In this document: positions 28,917 through 37,880 of the stretch, piece after piece
How positions within the stretch are numbered: position 1 is the stretch's first letter
Layout: each line of letters opens with the position of its first letter
DNA from: an uncultured delta proteobacterium
GTDB lineage: Bacteria > Desulfobacterota > Binatia > Binatales > Binataceae
Direction: 5' to 3'
Assembly (NCBI GenBank): GCA_963724765.1
Contig: CAVRVY010000003.1
Coordinates: forward strand, 1,344,001 to 1,408,000
Length of the DNA stretch: 64,000 nucleotides
Translations under genes and position numbers: made by a program
The notes under the pieces: model-generated
Database searches by the model: none
Seen by the model: the letters and a program-made list of their open reading frames with translations, nothing else
What the model was told of the DNA's origin: nothing

Positions 28917-29105
28917 CGATGCGTTAGCGCGCGCGTGGGCGCGCCTTCCTTCCTGTCAATTTATCAATGGGCTGGCAACCCATCAATTGCGCCAGCACCT
29001 TGCGGCAGCGATTGGCTACGCAATTGCGCGCCGCGGACTGCGCGGGGTTTCAGCTTTTAATCGCGCGCCGCTTTTGACTATGCTGGGTGGGATGCTGAAC
29101 CTCAG

Positions 29106-30155
29106 GTGCCGCGAGTGAAATTCGATCTCTTCTACCAGTTGCCATCGGCGGATTCGCAAAACCCGGCCGCGCGTTACCGCGAGCTGGTGGCCGAAGCGGT
29201 CGAGGCCGACCGGCTCGGCTTCGACACGTTGTGGCTGGCCGAGGTGCATTTCACGCCGCGCTTTTCGCTGATGCCTACGCCGCTGCTCCAGCTCGCCGCG
29301 ATCGCCGAGCTCACGACGCGGCTGCGCCTGGGAATCGCGGTCAATCTGCTCCCGCTGCATCATCCGGTGCGCCTGGCCGAGGAGATCGCGACGCTCGACG
29401 TGCTTTCGGGCGGGCGAGTCAACTTCGGCGCCGGGCGCGGCGCGTTTCCCAGCAATTACCACGGCTACGGCGTCGACCTGGCGACCAGCCGCGAGCGCTT
29501 CCAGGAGATGCTCACGTTCATCAAGCGCGCGTGGACCGAGGATCGCCTCGACTTTCGCGGGCGATTCTATGAGGTCGAGGGCGTCGAGGTGATTCCCAAG
29601 CCTGTGCAGCGGCCGCATCCGCCGTTTCGCCTCGCCGCCAATAGTCCCGACACCTTCAGCTTCGCCGGCGCCAACGCCTATCCGATTTTCGCTGGTGGAC
29701 CGGTGAATCCGATTAACGTGCTGCCGGAGCGGCTCGCGGTATATCGCGGCGCGCTGGAGACGGCGGGCAAGAAACTTCCCGAGGACTGGCTGGCGGCGAT
29801 GTTCCTGACCTTCGTGGGCAAGGACCAGGCCGCGGTGCGCGCGACAATCGGACCGAGCCTCGAAAACTACTTCCATACCATCACGGAAACTATACGGCCC
29901 GAGAGCCTCGCGCAGCCCGACGACTTCCAGCGCGTGGTGGAACGGATGCGCACGCTCAAGTACGAGAACGTGGATTCGCTGATGGGTGTGTTCGGCGAGC
30001 CGCAACGCTGTATCGATCGGATAGCCGCGCTCAGGGAAGAATTCGGGTTCACACGGATGGTCTGTTGGTTCGAGATCGGCGGCCTGACCGGCCATCGCAA
30101 TCTGATCGACGCGATGCGCATGTTCGCCGAACGCGTGATGCCCCACTTCGGTTGA
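29106..30155 (+). CDS. LLM-class flavin-dependent oxidoreductase
   Basis: GFDTLWLAEVH, HPVRLAEEIATLDVLSGGR, PKPVQRPHPP. Confidence 0.93.
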   Translation: MPRVKFDLFYQLPSADSQNPAARYRELVAEAVEADRLGFDTLWLAEVHFTPRFSLMPTPLLQLAAIAELTTRLRLGIAVNLLPLHHPVRLAEEIATLDVLSGGRVNFGAGRGAFPSNYHGYGVDLATSRERFQEMLTFIKRAWTEDRLDFRGRFYEVEGVEVIPKPVQRPHPPFRLAANSPDTFSFAGANAYPIFAGGPVNPINVLPERLAVYRGALETAGKKLPEDWLAAMFLTFVGKDQAAVRATIGPSLENYFHTITETIRPESLAQPDDFQRVVERMRTLKYENVDSLMGVFGEPQRCIDRIAALREEFGFTRMVCWFEIGGLTGHRNLIDAMRMFAERVMPHFG

Positions 30156-30187
30156 AAACAATTTGCTAGAGCAACCGCGAGGTTGGC

Positions 30188-32005
30188 TCAACCGTGGTCG
30201 GCCGCGCCGCCGCGTGCGCGCTCGGCGTGCGCGCTGCCGCCATTGCCGCCGTTGCCCAGCGAGCGCAGGATGTCGGTCTTGGTGATGATCCCCTCCAACT
30301 CTCCATCGCGGGATTCCGTGGCTGAGGTCACCAGCAGAATATGCGGCGCGTTCTCGCGCGCGAGCAAACGCAAGGCTTCGTCGAGTTCGGTGTCCGGTGT
30401 GATCCGGCTCACCTGGGAATCGGCGATATCGGCCACTCGCGTCTGTTCCCAGCGCTCCACCGGCACCTTGCTCAGCGCCCACACCGGCATCGTGCCGACG
30501 GTGCGCGCACCGTCGTAGACCGGGAAAATCGCATAGCGATGATGCGCCGCGACGCTGTCGGCAAAGGCGCGCAGTGTCGAGGAAGCCTGCACTCCCACCA
30601 CGTGGCGCTGCATCACGTCGCCGACCTTCATTCCGCCGAGTTCTCTGATGCGCGCCGCCTGGTGAAGGCGTTGATCGCCCGAGGCCGAGGCCTCGCCGGA
30701 GACCGCGTAAGCGATCGCCGCACCGATGAGCGTCGGAATGATGTAGGAATGGCTGCCGCTGGTCTCGGCGACGAAGACCACCGCCGCCAGCGGAGTCTTG
30801 TAGCCGGCCGCGATGAACGACGCCATCCCGACCGCTGCGAACAGGTCACCGCGCGGGGAATGTGCCACCAACTGAGCGAATGCCTTGCCGATTGCGCCTC
30901 CGCTCAGAAACAGCGGCACGAACATCGCGCTCACTCCGCCGCAGCCGAGCGAGAACAGTGTCGCCAGGAGCTTCACTATCGCGAACGTCACCAGCTCGCC
31001 CGAGGCGCGCGGATGGTTGAGGATCATGTCGACCGCTTCGTAATTGGGACCCAGCGGGATGAGCTTGCCGGGATAGAGCGTGACGTAGGCGAGGCCGCAA
31101 ATTCCCGTGAGCAGGCCGCCGATCAGCAGCTTGACCGTGTGCGGAGTGCGCAGGTTGACGAAAAAGTTGCGCGTGCGGCGGAAGCCATTGGTGAAGTTCA
31201 TCGAGATGAACCCGCAGATCACTCCCAGCAGGGCCGACCATAGCAGGTCGGTATCTGAAAACGGCGCGGCACCGCCGAAGGCGAACAACGGCGCTGTGCC
31301 CATGAAGGCGACCAGCACCGCGTAGGAAACCACCGAGGCGATGAGTGAGGGCAACAGCGCCTCGTGCGCGAGATCGTCCTTGTACGGCATCTCGAGCGCG
31401 AAGATGAGTCCGGTCAGCGGCGCGCGAAACACCGCCGCCATCCCGGCCGCTGCGCCGCTGATCAGCATGATGCGCCGGTCGCGCGGCTCGAGCTTCAGCC
31501 CAAAGCGCTTGAGCTTCGTCCACAGCCACGAGCCGATCGCGCCGCCGCCGTAGATGCTCGGCCCCTCCAGCGCTGCGCTGCCGCCGAAACCCACCGTGGT
31601 GACCGCGGCGAGCAGCTTGTACCAGAACGGATGTATGTCGATGTCGCCGTCGTGCTCGTGGTACGACTGGATGATCTCCTCGCTGGAATGGCTATCCGGG
31701 TCACGCGTCAAAAATTGCATGATGAGCCCGGTGAGCAGGAAGCCGAAGAGCGTCACCGGAATGATCGCGCCGTGATGGTTGAGCAGGAACGGAAGTATCA
31801 CGGGCCAGATGCCGCTTAGGATGAGCAGCGCGATGCCCGTGATTACGAGACCCGACGCCACTCCGATGAACGGTGCGACCAGCAGCCATTTCTGGATGTC
31901 GCGCGAGTAGGTCGCGGACAAATCCTCACTGACCAGCGCCGAACACTTGCGGATCAGCGGGTTGTCGAACCATCGCGAATTCCTTATCGACGCCAAAAAT
32001 CCCAC
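30188..32005 (-). CDS. CLC-family anion channel/transporter with C-terminal CBS pair
   Basis: GGSAALEGP, AAVFRAPLTG, KTPLAAVVFVAE, CBS motifs (VGDVMQR, GIITKTDIL); GAGGAGG RBS. Confidence 0.9.
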   Translation of the reverse strand: MGFLASIRNSRWFDNPLIRKCSALVSEDLSATYSRDIQKWLLVAPFIGVASGLVITGIALLILSGIWPVILPFLLNHHGAIIPVTLFGFLLTGLIMQFLTRDPDSHSSEEIIQSYHEHDGDIDIHPFWYKLLAAVTTVGFGGSAALEGPSIYGGGAIGSWLWTKLKRFGLKLEPRDRRIMLISGAAAGMAAVFRAPLTGLIFALEMPYKDDLAHEALLPSLIASVVSYAVLVAFMGTAPLFAFGGAAPFSDTDLLWSALLGVICGFISMNFTNGFRRTRNFFVNLRTPHTVKLLIGGLLTGICGLAYVTLYPGKLIPLGPNYEAVDMILNHPRASGELVTFAIVKLLATLFSLGCGGVSAMFVPLFLSGGAIGKAFAQLVAHSPRGDLFAAVGMASFIAAGYKTPLAAVVFVAETSGSHSYIIPTLIGAAIAYAVSGEASASGDQRLHQAARIRELGGMKVGDVMQRHVVGVQASSTLRAFADSVAAHHRYAIFPVYDGARTVGTMPVWALSKVPVERWEQTRVADIADSQVSRITPDTELDEALRLLARENAPHILLVTSATESRDGELEGIITKTDILRSLGNGGNGGSAHAERARGGAADHG

Positions 32006-32320
32006 CCCGAAAACCTCCTCGCTTGATGGCCATCGCGCCCGCGCCTCGCGCTTGAGAGCCTGGCCACGGCTGTGCCGAAGTGCAACAGCTGTTGCGATAA
32101 CGACCCTGCGGACGTCTCATTCGCGACCCGGAGTTCCACTTCCGGATTCGGATCCAAAGCGAGCGTCCGACGATGTTTGTCCTTGATAGCTAGCCAAAAG
32201 GAACTTATAGCTAACTTTCTCAATGATTTCGCCAGCGCCCCCCGCTCATGCCGAATGGAACGGCGCCTCGTGAAAATGAACGTAGATACGTCAAGCGCAG
32301 GACTATAGTCACGCGCGCGG

Positions 32321-32336
32321 TGGCACGGCAATTGTA
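32321..32336 (+). promoter_or_regulatory. Candidate sigma54 -24/-12 promoter for the response regulator
   Basis: TGGCAC-GGCAA-TTGTA versus consensus TGGCAC-N5-TTGCW: correct spacing, one mismatch at the conserved -12 C, about 95 bp upstream of the ATG. Confidence 0.45.
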
Positions 32337-32431
32337 TTAAGAGCGTGTAACGCGGAGCGTGCCCGCGCGTTGCGGCCCTGAGTCGCGTTACTTCTGCCGC
32401 GATTAATGTATAGTGCTGGATGCGAGGCCGT

Positions 32432-32887
32432 ATGGATACCAATGAACAAGCGCCGCCGGAGTTTGGCGTTCGGGTTTTTCTGGTCGAGGACAACCCCGAA
32501 CACTCCTTCATCGCGGTAACTGTAATTCGCCAGGTGCTTGGCGATGCGAGCGAAGTTATCGTGGCCGAAAACGCCGACGAAGCGGTCGAACTGATCCAAC
32601 AGTTCACCGATACCGATCGGCCCGACCTGATGCTGGTCGATCTGCGTCTGCCCGACAATGGTGGCTTCGCCGTGCTGTCGGCGGCGCGCGCGCACGACCC
32701 ATGCTCGCACGTGCCGATGTTCGTGATCACCAGCTCACTTTACGATCTCGACATCGCGCAGAGTTACGAGCTGGGCGCTTCGGCAGTGCTGTGCAAGCCG
32801 CTCTCACGCGCGATCCTCAAGGAGGAACTCGCGCGCATCGGCGTGATTCCCGGCAAGCCGTCGGGCTCGGCGCCAGCGTCGTCCTGA
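32432..32887 (+). CDS. Single-domain response regulator (receiver only)
   Basis: LVEDN acidic pocket, phospho-acceptor Asp in LVDLRLP, ITSS, KP. Confidence 0.9.
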   Translation: MDTNEQAPPEFGVRVFLVEDNPEHSFIAVTVIRQVLGDASEVIVAENADEAVELIQQFTDTDRPDLMLVDLRLPDNGGFAVLSAARAHDPCSHVPMFVITSSLYDLDIAQSYELGASAVLCKPLSRAILKEELARIGVIPGKPSGSAPASS

Positions 32888-33081
32888 AACCTCCTCCAGT
32901 TCCTCGCCAGCGACGCCGGCCGGCGTGCGGATGACGCCCCGCCGCGTTTGGCCCCGGCGCTGCATCTTTACAATTCCGGCCAGCTCTGATTCCACCGCCG
33001 CGCCCGCCAACCGGCCGGCTTCGCGATACCAACGTCCTTACGCGTACTTGATTGAAAGGCGCGGGTTGAAAGAGCGTGGCG

Positions 33082-33138
33082 TTGACAATTACTGCCATCC
33101 GTTGTAGTTAACCATCAGGTTATTTAACCGTATGGTTC
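33082..33138 (+). promoter_or_regulatory. Sigma70-type promoter with tandem palindromic operators for the ArsR gene
   Basis: TTGACA (33082) - 17 bp - TAGTTA (33105); inverted repeats TAACC-N4-GGTTA (33109-33122) and TAACC-N4-GGTTC (33125-33138), the second overlapping the ATG. Confidence 0.75.
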
Positions 33139-33515
33139 ACCATCAGCCAGAGTCCTACCGCTTGAGCGCGACCTTCGCCGCCCTCTCTGACCCCACCCGG
33201 CGCGCGATCTTGGCGCGCCTTGCCTCAGGCAAGACCTCGGTGACCGAATTGGCCGAGCCGTTCGAGATGAGCCTTCCCGCCATTTCCAAGCATCTCAAGG
33301 TGCTCGAGCGCGCCGGTCTCGTCGCGCGCGGCCGCGAGGCGCAGTGGCGGCCCTGCCGGCTCGAGGCGGGTCCGCTCAAGGGCGCCGCAGATTTTCTGGA
33401 GCGCTATCGCCGTTTCTGGGAACAGAGCTTCGATCGGTTGGACGACTATCTGCGCGAGCTGCAAACACCGAAGTTGCAAATGAAGGAGAAGAAAAAAAAT
33501 GGCCGCAAGAAATAG
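33132..33515 (+). CDS. ArsR/SmtB family transcriptional regulator
   Basis: FAALSDPTRRAIL, SLPAISKHLKVLERAGLV. Confidence 0.95.
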   Translation: MVHHQPESYRLSATFAALSDPTRRAILARLASGKTSVTELAEPFEMSLPAISKHLKVLERAGLVARGREAQWRPCRLEAGPLKGAADFLERYRRFWEQSFDRLDDYLRELQTPKLQMKEKKKNGRKK

Positions 33516-33969
33516 CGCCGCCGCGCAGTCGGCGGAGCGGGAACTCGTGATCGAGCGCATCTTCGATGCGCCGCGCAGTCTCGTCTTCAAGGCCTGGACC
33601 GAGTCCGACCGCCTGGTGCGCTGGTGGGGTCCGCAAGGCTTCACGATGCCTTCATGCAAGATGGATGTACGCCCGGGCGGTGAATTTCGCTTCTGCATGC
33701 GCTCGCCCGAGGGCACCGACCATTGGTTGCAAGGTGTCTATAGGGACGTCGTGGAGCCGGAACGGCTCGCGTGCACTTGGGCGTGGTTCGACGCGGACGG
33801 TAAGCCCGGCCACGAAACGATCCTGACGGCAACCTTCGACGAAGCGGGGAGTAAGACCAAGGTCACCGTGCATCAGGCGGTCTTCGAGTCGGACACGGCG
33901 CGCGACGCGCATCAGAGCGGCTGGACCAGCGGTCTGCAGTGCCTCGCCGAATACCTGGCGACGGTCTGA
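33499..33969 (+). CDS. SRPBCC/AHSA1-like domain protein
   Basis: ERIFDAPRSLVFKAWT, WWGPQGF, DVRPGG, GW near the C-terminus. Confidence 0.93.
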   Translation: MAARNSAAAQSAERELVIERIFDAPRSLVFKAWTESDRLVRWWGPQGFTMPSCKMDVRPGGEFRFCMRSPEGTDHWLQGVYRDVVEPERLACTWAWFDADGKPGHETILTATFDEAGSKTKVTVHQAVFESDTARDAHQSGWTSGLQCLAEYLATV

Positions 33970-34005
33970 CGGAATTAACGCGGCGCGGGTAAGAAAGGAC
34001 GCACC

Positions 34006-34905
34006 ATGGAAAATCCGCAGGAATACTATCGGCACCATGGACCGATGACCTCGATGAACGCGAACGCGGCGGAGTTCAGCGCGCTCCCCACAGACCTCGC
34101 GGCGCTATGCGAAGTCATACAGGGGCTGTTGATTCATCGCGACATGGCGAATTTCGCTTACGGCGTGGCGCTTTCTGACGCGCGAAAAAATGACGCGCAT
34201 ATACGTCCGGTGGGGGACGTGCTCGCGCGGATTCGCGCGCTGGAGGATCGTCCTCTGACTGTCGCGCGCGAGCCGAGCAACCGGATGGCCGGCGTCTGTC
34301 GTCATTTTTCGCTGATGCTGTGTGCAATCCTTCGCGGGCAGGGCGTTGCGGCCCGTGCGCGATGCGGCTTTGGCGCGTACTTCACATCGGGCAAGTTCGA
34401 AGACCATTGGGTATGCGAGTACTGGAACGCCGGCCAGGCGCGCTGGACATTGGTGGACGCGCAACTGGATGCGGTCCAGCGAAAAATTTTTCATCCGGAT
34501 TTCGATCCGCTCGATGTCCCGCGCGATCGCTTCATCATTGCCGGTGACGCATGGCAGCTATGCCGGGCCGGCCGCGCCTACGCAGATCGCTTCGGTCTAT
34601 CCCAGGTGCCCGGGTTGAGCGGGATGTGGTTCATTGCCGGCAACGTGCTGCGCGACCTCGCGTCGCTAAATCGAATGGAATTGCTGCCCTGGGACGTTTG
34701 GGGATTGATGCAGATGAACGACGCGGGGATGCTCGAGGGCGAGAAGGGCGCGCTGCTCGATCGGGTCGCCGCCCTGACGCTCGCGGGAGACGGCGCGCTC
34801 CCCGAAGTTCGCGCGATCTACCAGGACGATCGCTTGCGCGTGCCACCGTTCGTTTACAACGCGCTGCGCAACGCCCCCGAAGCGATCGAGCCTCCGCCCT
34901 CGTAG
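34006..34905 (+). CDS. Transglutaminase-like domain protein
   Basis: Cys-His-Asp triad motifs GVCRHF, DHWVCEYW, VDAQ; ARARCGF. Confidence 0.85.
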   Translation: MENPQEYYRHHGPMTSMNANAAEFSALPTDLAALCEVIQGLLIHRDMANFAYGVALSDARKNDAHIRPVGDVLARIRALEDRPLTVAREPSNRMAGVCRHFSLMLCAILRGQGVAARARCGFGAYFTSGKFEDHWVCEYWNAGQARWTLVDAQLDAVQRKIFHPDFDPLDVPRDRFIIAGDAWQLCRAGRAYADRFGLSQVPGLSGMWFIAGNVLRDLASLNRMELLPWDVWGLMQMNDAGMLEGEKGALLDRVAALTLAGDGALPEVRAIYQDDRLRVPPFVYNALRNAPEAIEPPPS

Positions 34906-34978
34906 CAGCTACCGAAGGATTGCACATGCGCATTTCTGATTTTTTAGTCAGCAACCAACCAGAAGAGCACGCTGTGAG

Positions 34979-35094
34979 TTGAATCCTTATCTCCTATTCA
35001 ACGGCGTTTTGGCATGTTCGTAGATCAATTCGGCACTCCCTGGATGATCAACTGCGAGAAAGCCGCCTTACTCCTCGACCCGGATAGGAATTAA
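34979..35094 (+). pseudogene. Internally deleted VOC/PhnB-like gene
   Basis: LNPYLLFNG (PhnB-like N-terminus, 34979-35005) joins, out of frame, RFGMFVDQFGTPWMINCEKAA (PhnB-like C-terminus); the middle of the gene is missing. Confidence 0.8.
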
Positions 35095-35203
35095 CGTAAC
35101 GCTACTGATGAAAAGACCATGAAGCCGAATCGAGCACGGTGGTAAGACGAAAGTTGCCGAATACGTGGCGAACGCTTGATGAATCAGAAGCTCGAAGGAG
35201 CGG

Positions 35204-36127
35204 TCAGAAAATCGCCACCGGATTTACCGGCGAGGCGGTGCCGCGCTCCAGGATGAGCGGCAACATCGTGAACATGAATTCGTAACGCGCGAGGCGTGCG
35301 CAGGCGGCGCCCAGCGCGTCGAGGTCGGCGTTGTCGATCAGATGCACGCCCATCGCCACTAGCATCCCGACGTGGATCGGGAAAATCAGCTCGTTACCGT
35401 AGCCGGTCGGGAGCACGTCGCTGACGCCGTCGCATCCCAACACCGCGATCCGTCGCTCGTGGAGCCACGGCAGGCAGCTCGGATCGAGACCCGCCATCCC
35501 CTCGCTGCGGCTATCCCACGCGCCGAGCTTTTTCTGCCGCGCCATCCGCCCGGTCCGCACCAGCAGCACGTCGCCTTCCTCGACGCGCACGCGATGCGCG
35601 CGTTCGGCGGCGTCGAGGTCCTCGGGAAAGACGCGCTCGCCAGGCTCCATCCACTCGACGTTCTTAAGGTGCGCGATGTCGAGCAATACACCGCGGCTCA
35701 CGATGCCTTCGCGCGCCACGTCGATCCCGCACTTGCGCGTGCCCCAGCGTCCGACCTCGCTGGAGCTGAAGCCGTTGTACATCTTGCGCTCCCAGAACAC
35801 GTGGCAGAGCGCGTCGAGATGGGTGAACGCCATCCCGTGCGGCGCGATCGCAAAGTAGTCCAGCGCGGCGGCCAGGCCGGGGCCCGAGTAGAGCATCACG
35901 TGCGTGACCGGCGTGGGATTGTCAGGTCCCGACGTGGTCGCTAGCGGCAAAGCCATCGAGACCGTCTCGCCGCTTTGCACCAGGCGGCCGGCGGCGGCGC
36001 GCTTTTGCGGCGTGATGAAGTTGAGCGCGCCGCGCTCATCGTCCTTGCCCCAGCGGCCCCAGTTGCTGAGCTTCTCGAACAGCCCTTTCACTTCGGCGGC
36101 GCTTAGCCTGGGTGTGGTGGTGCCCAT
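35204..36127 (-). CDS. Cyclase (kynurenine formamidase-like) family protein
   Basis: NWGRWGKDDERGALN, THLDALCH, RGVLLD, GDVLLVRTG, ASPVNPVAIF. Confidence 0.92.
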   Translation of the reverse strand: MGTTTPRLSAAEVKGLFEKLSNWGRWGKDDERGALNFITPQKRAAAGRLVQSGETVSMALPLATTSGPDNPTPVTHVMLYSGPGLAAALDYFAIAPHGMAFTHLDALCHVFWERKMYNGFSSSEVGRWGTRKCGIDVAREGIVSRGVLLDIAHLKNVEWMEPGERVFPEDLDAAERAHRVRVEEGDVLLVRTGRMARQKKLGAWDSRSEGMAGLDPSCLPWLHERRIAVLGCDGVSDVLPTGYGNELIFPIHVGMLVAMGVHLIDNADLDALGAACARLARYEFMFTMLPLILERGTASPVNPVAIF

Positions 36128-36282
36128 CGGCCTCTCCCGTATCGTTTGGTTCGGTTGGCTTAAGCCAGTCCCATAGCACGCGATAGTCGATACCGCCTAG
36201 CCGACGCGCAAGGTGATATGATCCATGGCAACGGCGATAACGCCGCGGGCTCAAGCCCGCAGCGCGCAGGAGTCTCAGAGAA

Positions 36283-37803
36283 TTGGGCAATCGCGATATC
36301 GAAGCGGCGCGGACCTATCACGCGATGACGAAACATTCGTACACCAGCGTGCGGACGGACGCGCATCACCTGGACTGGGACAACCGCCCGATGCCGTACA
36401 AGCTCTACCCCGAGGTGTCGGGCCTCGCACTGCCGCGCGACTTGAGTCTCGCGCGGCTTCCGGCGCTGGAGACGATCGCGGCCCGCGACGCGCCGGATGG
36501 CAGCGACGAACTTACGCTCGAGGCGCTCACGCGAATCCTGTTTTGCGCCGACGGGCTCACGCGGCGCACCAGGATCGGCGGCGAGGACTACCATTTTCGC
36601 GCCGCGCCGTCGGCAGGCGCGCTCTACCCGATCGAGATTTACGCCGCCGTGGCCGAGGCCGGCGAACTGGAGCAGGGGCTCTATCATTTTTCGCCCGCCG
36701 ATTTGCGCCTGCGCGGGCTGCGCCGCGGCGACTGGCGCGGATTGATCGCGCGCGCGGCGGCGGGACGCCCCTCGTTGCGCCACGCGCGCGCGGTGCTCGT
36801 GCTGAGCGCAATTTTCTGGCGTAGCACATGGAAGTATCGCGCACGGGCCTACCGCTACTGCTTCTGGGACGCCGGCACGATGCTCGCCAATCTGCTCGCC
36901 GCCGCGGCGGCCGAGGGGCTTTCCACCGAACTGGTCACCGCTTTTGCCGATCCGGAGATCGAGGCGCTGCTCGGGATCGACGGCGAGCGCGAGGGCGCAC
37001 TCTGCCTGGTCGCGTTGGGTAGTGGCGCCGCCGCGCCCGGCGCCGAGCCGGAATTGCGGCCGCTCGGCCTCGAGACGATTGCGCTCTCGCGCGAGGAGGT
37101 GAGCTACCCGGACCTGGTGCGGATGCATCGGGCGTCCCGGCTGCTCGGTCCCGACGAAGTGGCCGCCGTCGCCGACGCGCGCGTCGATTCGGCGCCGCCG
37201 CCGTCACCATCGGCGAACGCGGTGACGCCCCAAGTCCTTAATGCGAGCGCGGGACTGAGCCTGGGCGAGACGATTCTAAGACGCGGATCGACGCGAGTCT
37301 TCGCGCGCAAGCCGATCACGGCCGAGGAGCTGGCGACCATCATGGCCGCTTCGAGCCGCCATCCGCGAGCCGACTTCCCGCCGCTGAGCGATACCTACTT
37401 AATCGTTAACGCTGCCGACGGGATGGAGCCGGGGGCGTACTACTACCGGCGGCAAAGCGGCGAGTTCGACCTCCTCAAGGCCGGCAATTTCCGGCTTGAG
37501 GCTGGCTACCTCTGTCTGGAACAACCGCTGGGCGCCGACTGCTCGGCGCTGCTCTGCTACATGGCCGACCTCGAGCGCGTGCTCGGCGCGCTGGGCAATC
37601 GCGCCTACCGCGATGCCCATCTGGAGGCTGGATTGCATGGCGGCCGAGCCTACCTGGCAGCCTACGCGTTGGGACGCGGAGCAACCGGACTGACCTTTTA
37701 CGACGACGACGCCACGAACTTCTTTGCGCCGCACGCCGTCGGCAAGAGCCCGCTCCTTATGGTAGCGATCGGCGTGCCGCGCACGTCCGACGACGAAAGC
37801 TAG
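36283..37803 (+). CDS. SagB/ThcOx-family nitroreductase with two nitroreductase domains
   Basis: YHAMTKH, RAAPSAGALYP, WKYRARAYRY..WDAG; second domain RRGSTR...AYRDAHLEAG. Confidence 0.9.
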   Translation: MGNRDIEAARTYHAMTKHSYTSVRTDAHHLDWDNRPMPYKLYPEVSGLALPRDLSLARLPALETIAARDAPDGSDELTLEALTRILFCADGLTRRTRIGGEDYHFRAAPSAGALYPIEIYAAVAEAGELEQGLYHFSPADLRLRGLRRGDWRGLIARAAAGRPSLRHARAVLVLSAIFWRSTWKYRARAYRYCFWDAGTMLANLLAAAAAEGLSTELVTAFADPEIEALLGIDGEREGALCLVALGSGAAAPGAEPELRPLGLETIALSREEVSYPDLVRMHRASRLLGPDEVAAVADARVDSAPPPSPSANAVTPQVLNASAGLSLGETILRRGSTRVFARKPITAEELATIMAASSRHPRADFPPLSDTYLIVNAADGMEPGAYYYRRQSGEFDLLKAGNFRLEAGYLCLEQPLGADCSALLCYMADLERVLGALGNRAYRDAHLEAGLHGGRAYLAAYALGRGATGLTFYDDDATNFFAPHAVGKSPLLMVAIGVPRTSDDES

Positions 37804-37829
37804 GCCAGGTCGATTTTTGATTTTTTACG

Positions 37830-37865
37830 CCCCTTCCCTTTAGGGAAGGGGACGAAGGTTAGGTC
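37830..37865. repeat. REP-like palindrome or possible bidirectional terminator between convergent genes
   Basis: Perfect stem CCCCTTCCC-TTTA-GGGAAGGGG (37830-37851) followed by GGTTAGG. Confidence 0.6.
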
Positions 37866-37880
37866 GGCTCGCCTGGCGCC

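Noticed and set aside
32006-32130. Fluoride riboswitch upstream of the CLC gene
   Set aside because: No GGCGATGG...CGCC / GCTGATGAC pattern on the coding strand, and the protein lacks CLC-F motifs.
35105-35158. CTGATGA...GAAA resembling a hammerhead ribozyme core
   Set aside because: Stem II does not close (no G-C pair next to the core), and no stem I or UH cleavage site can be formed.
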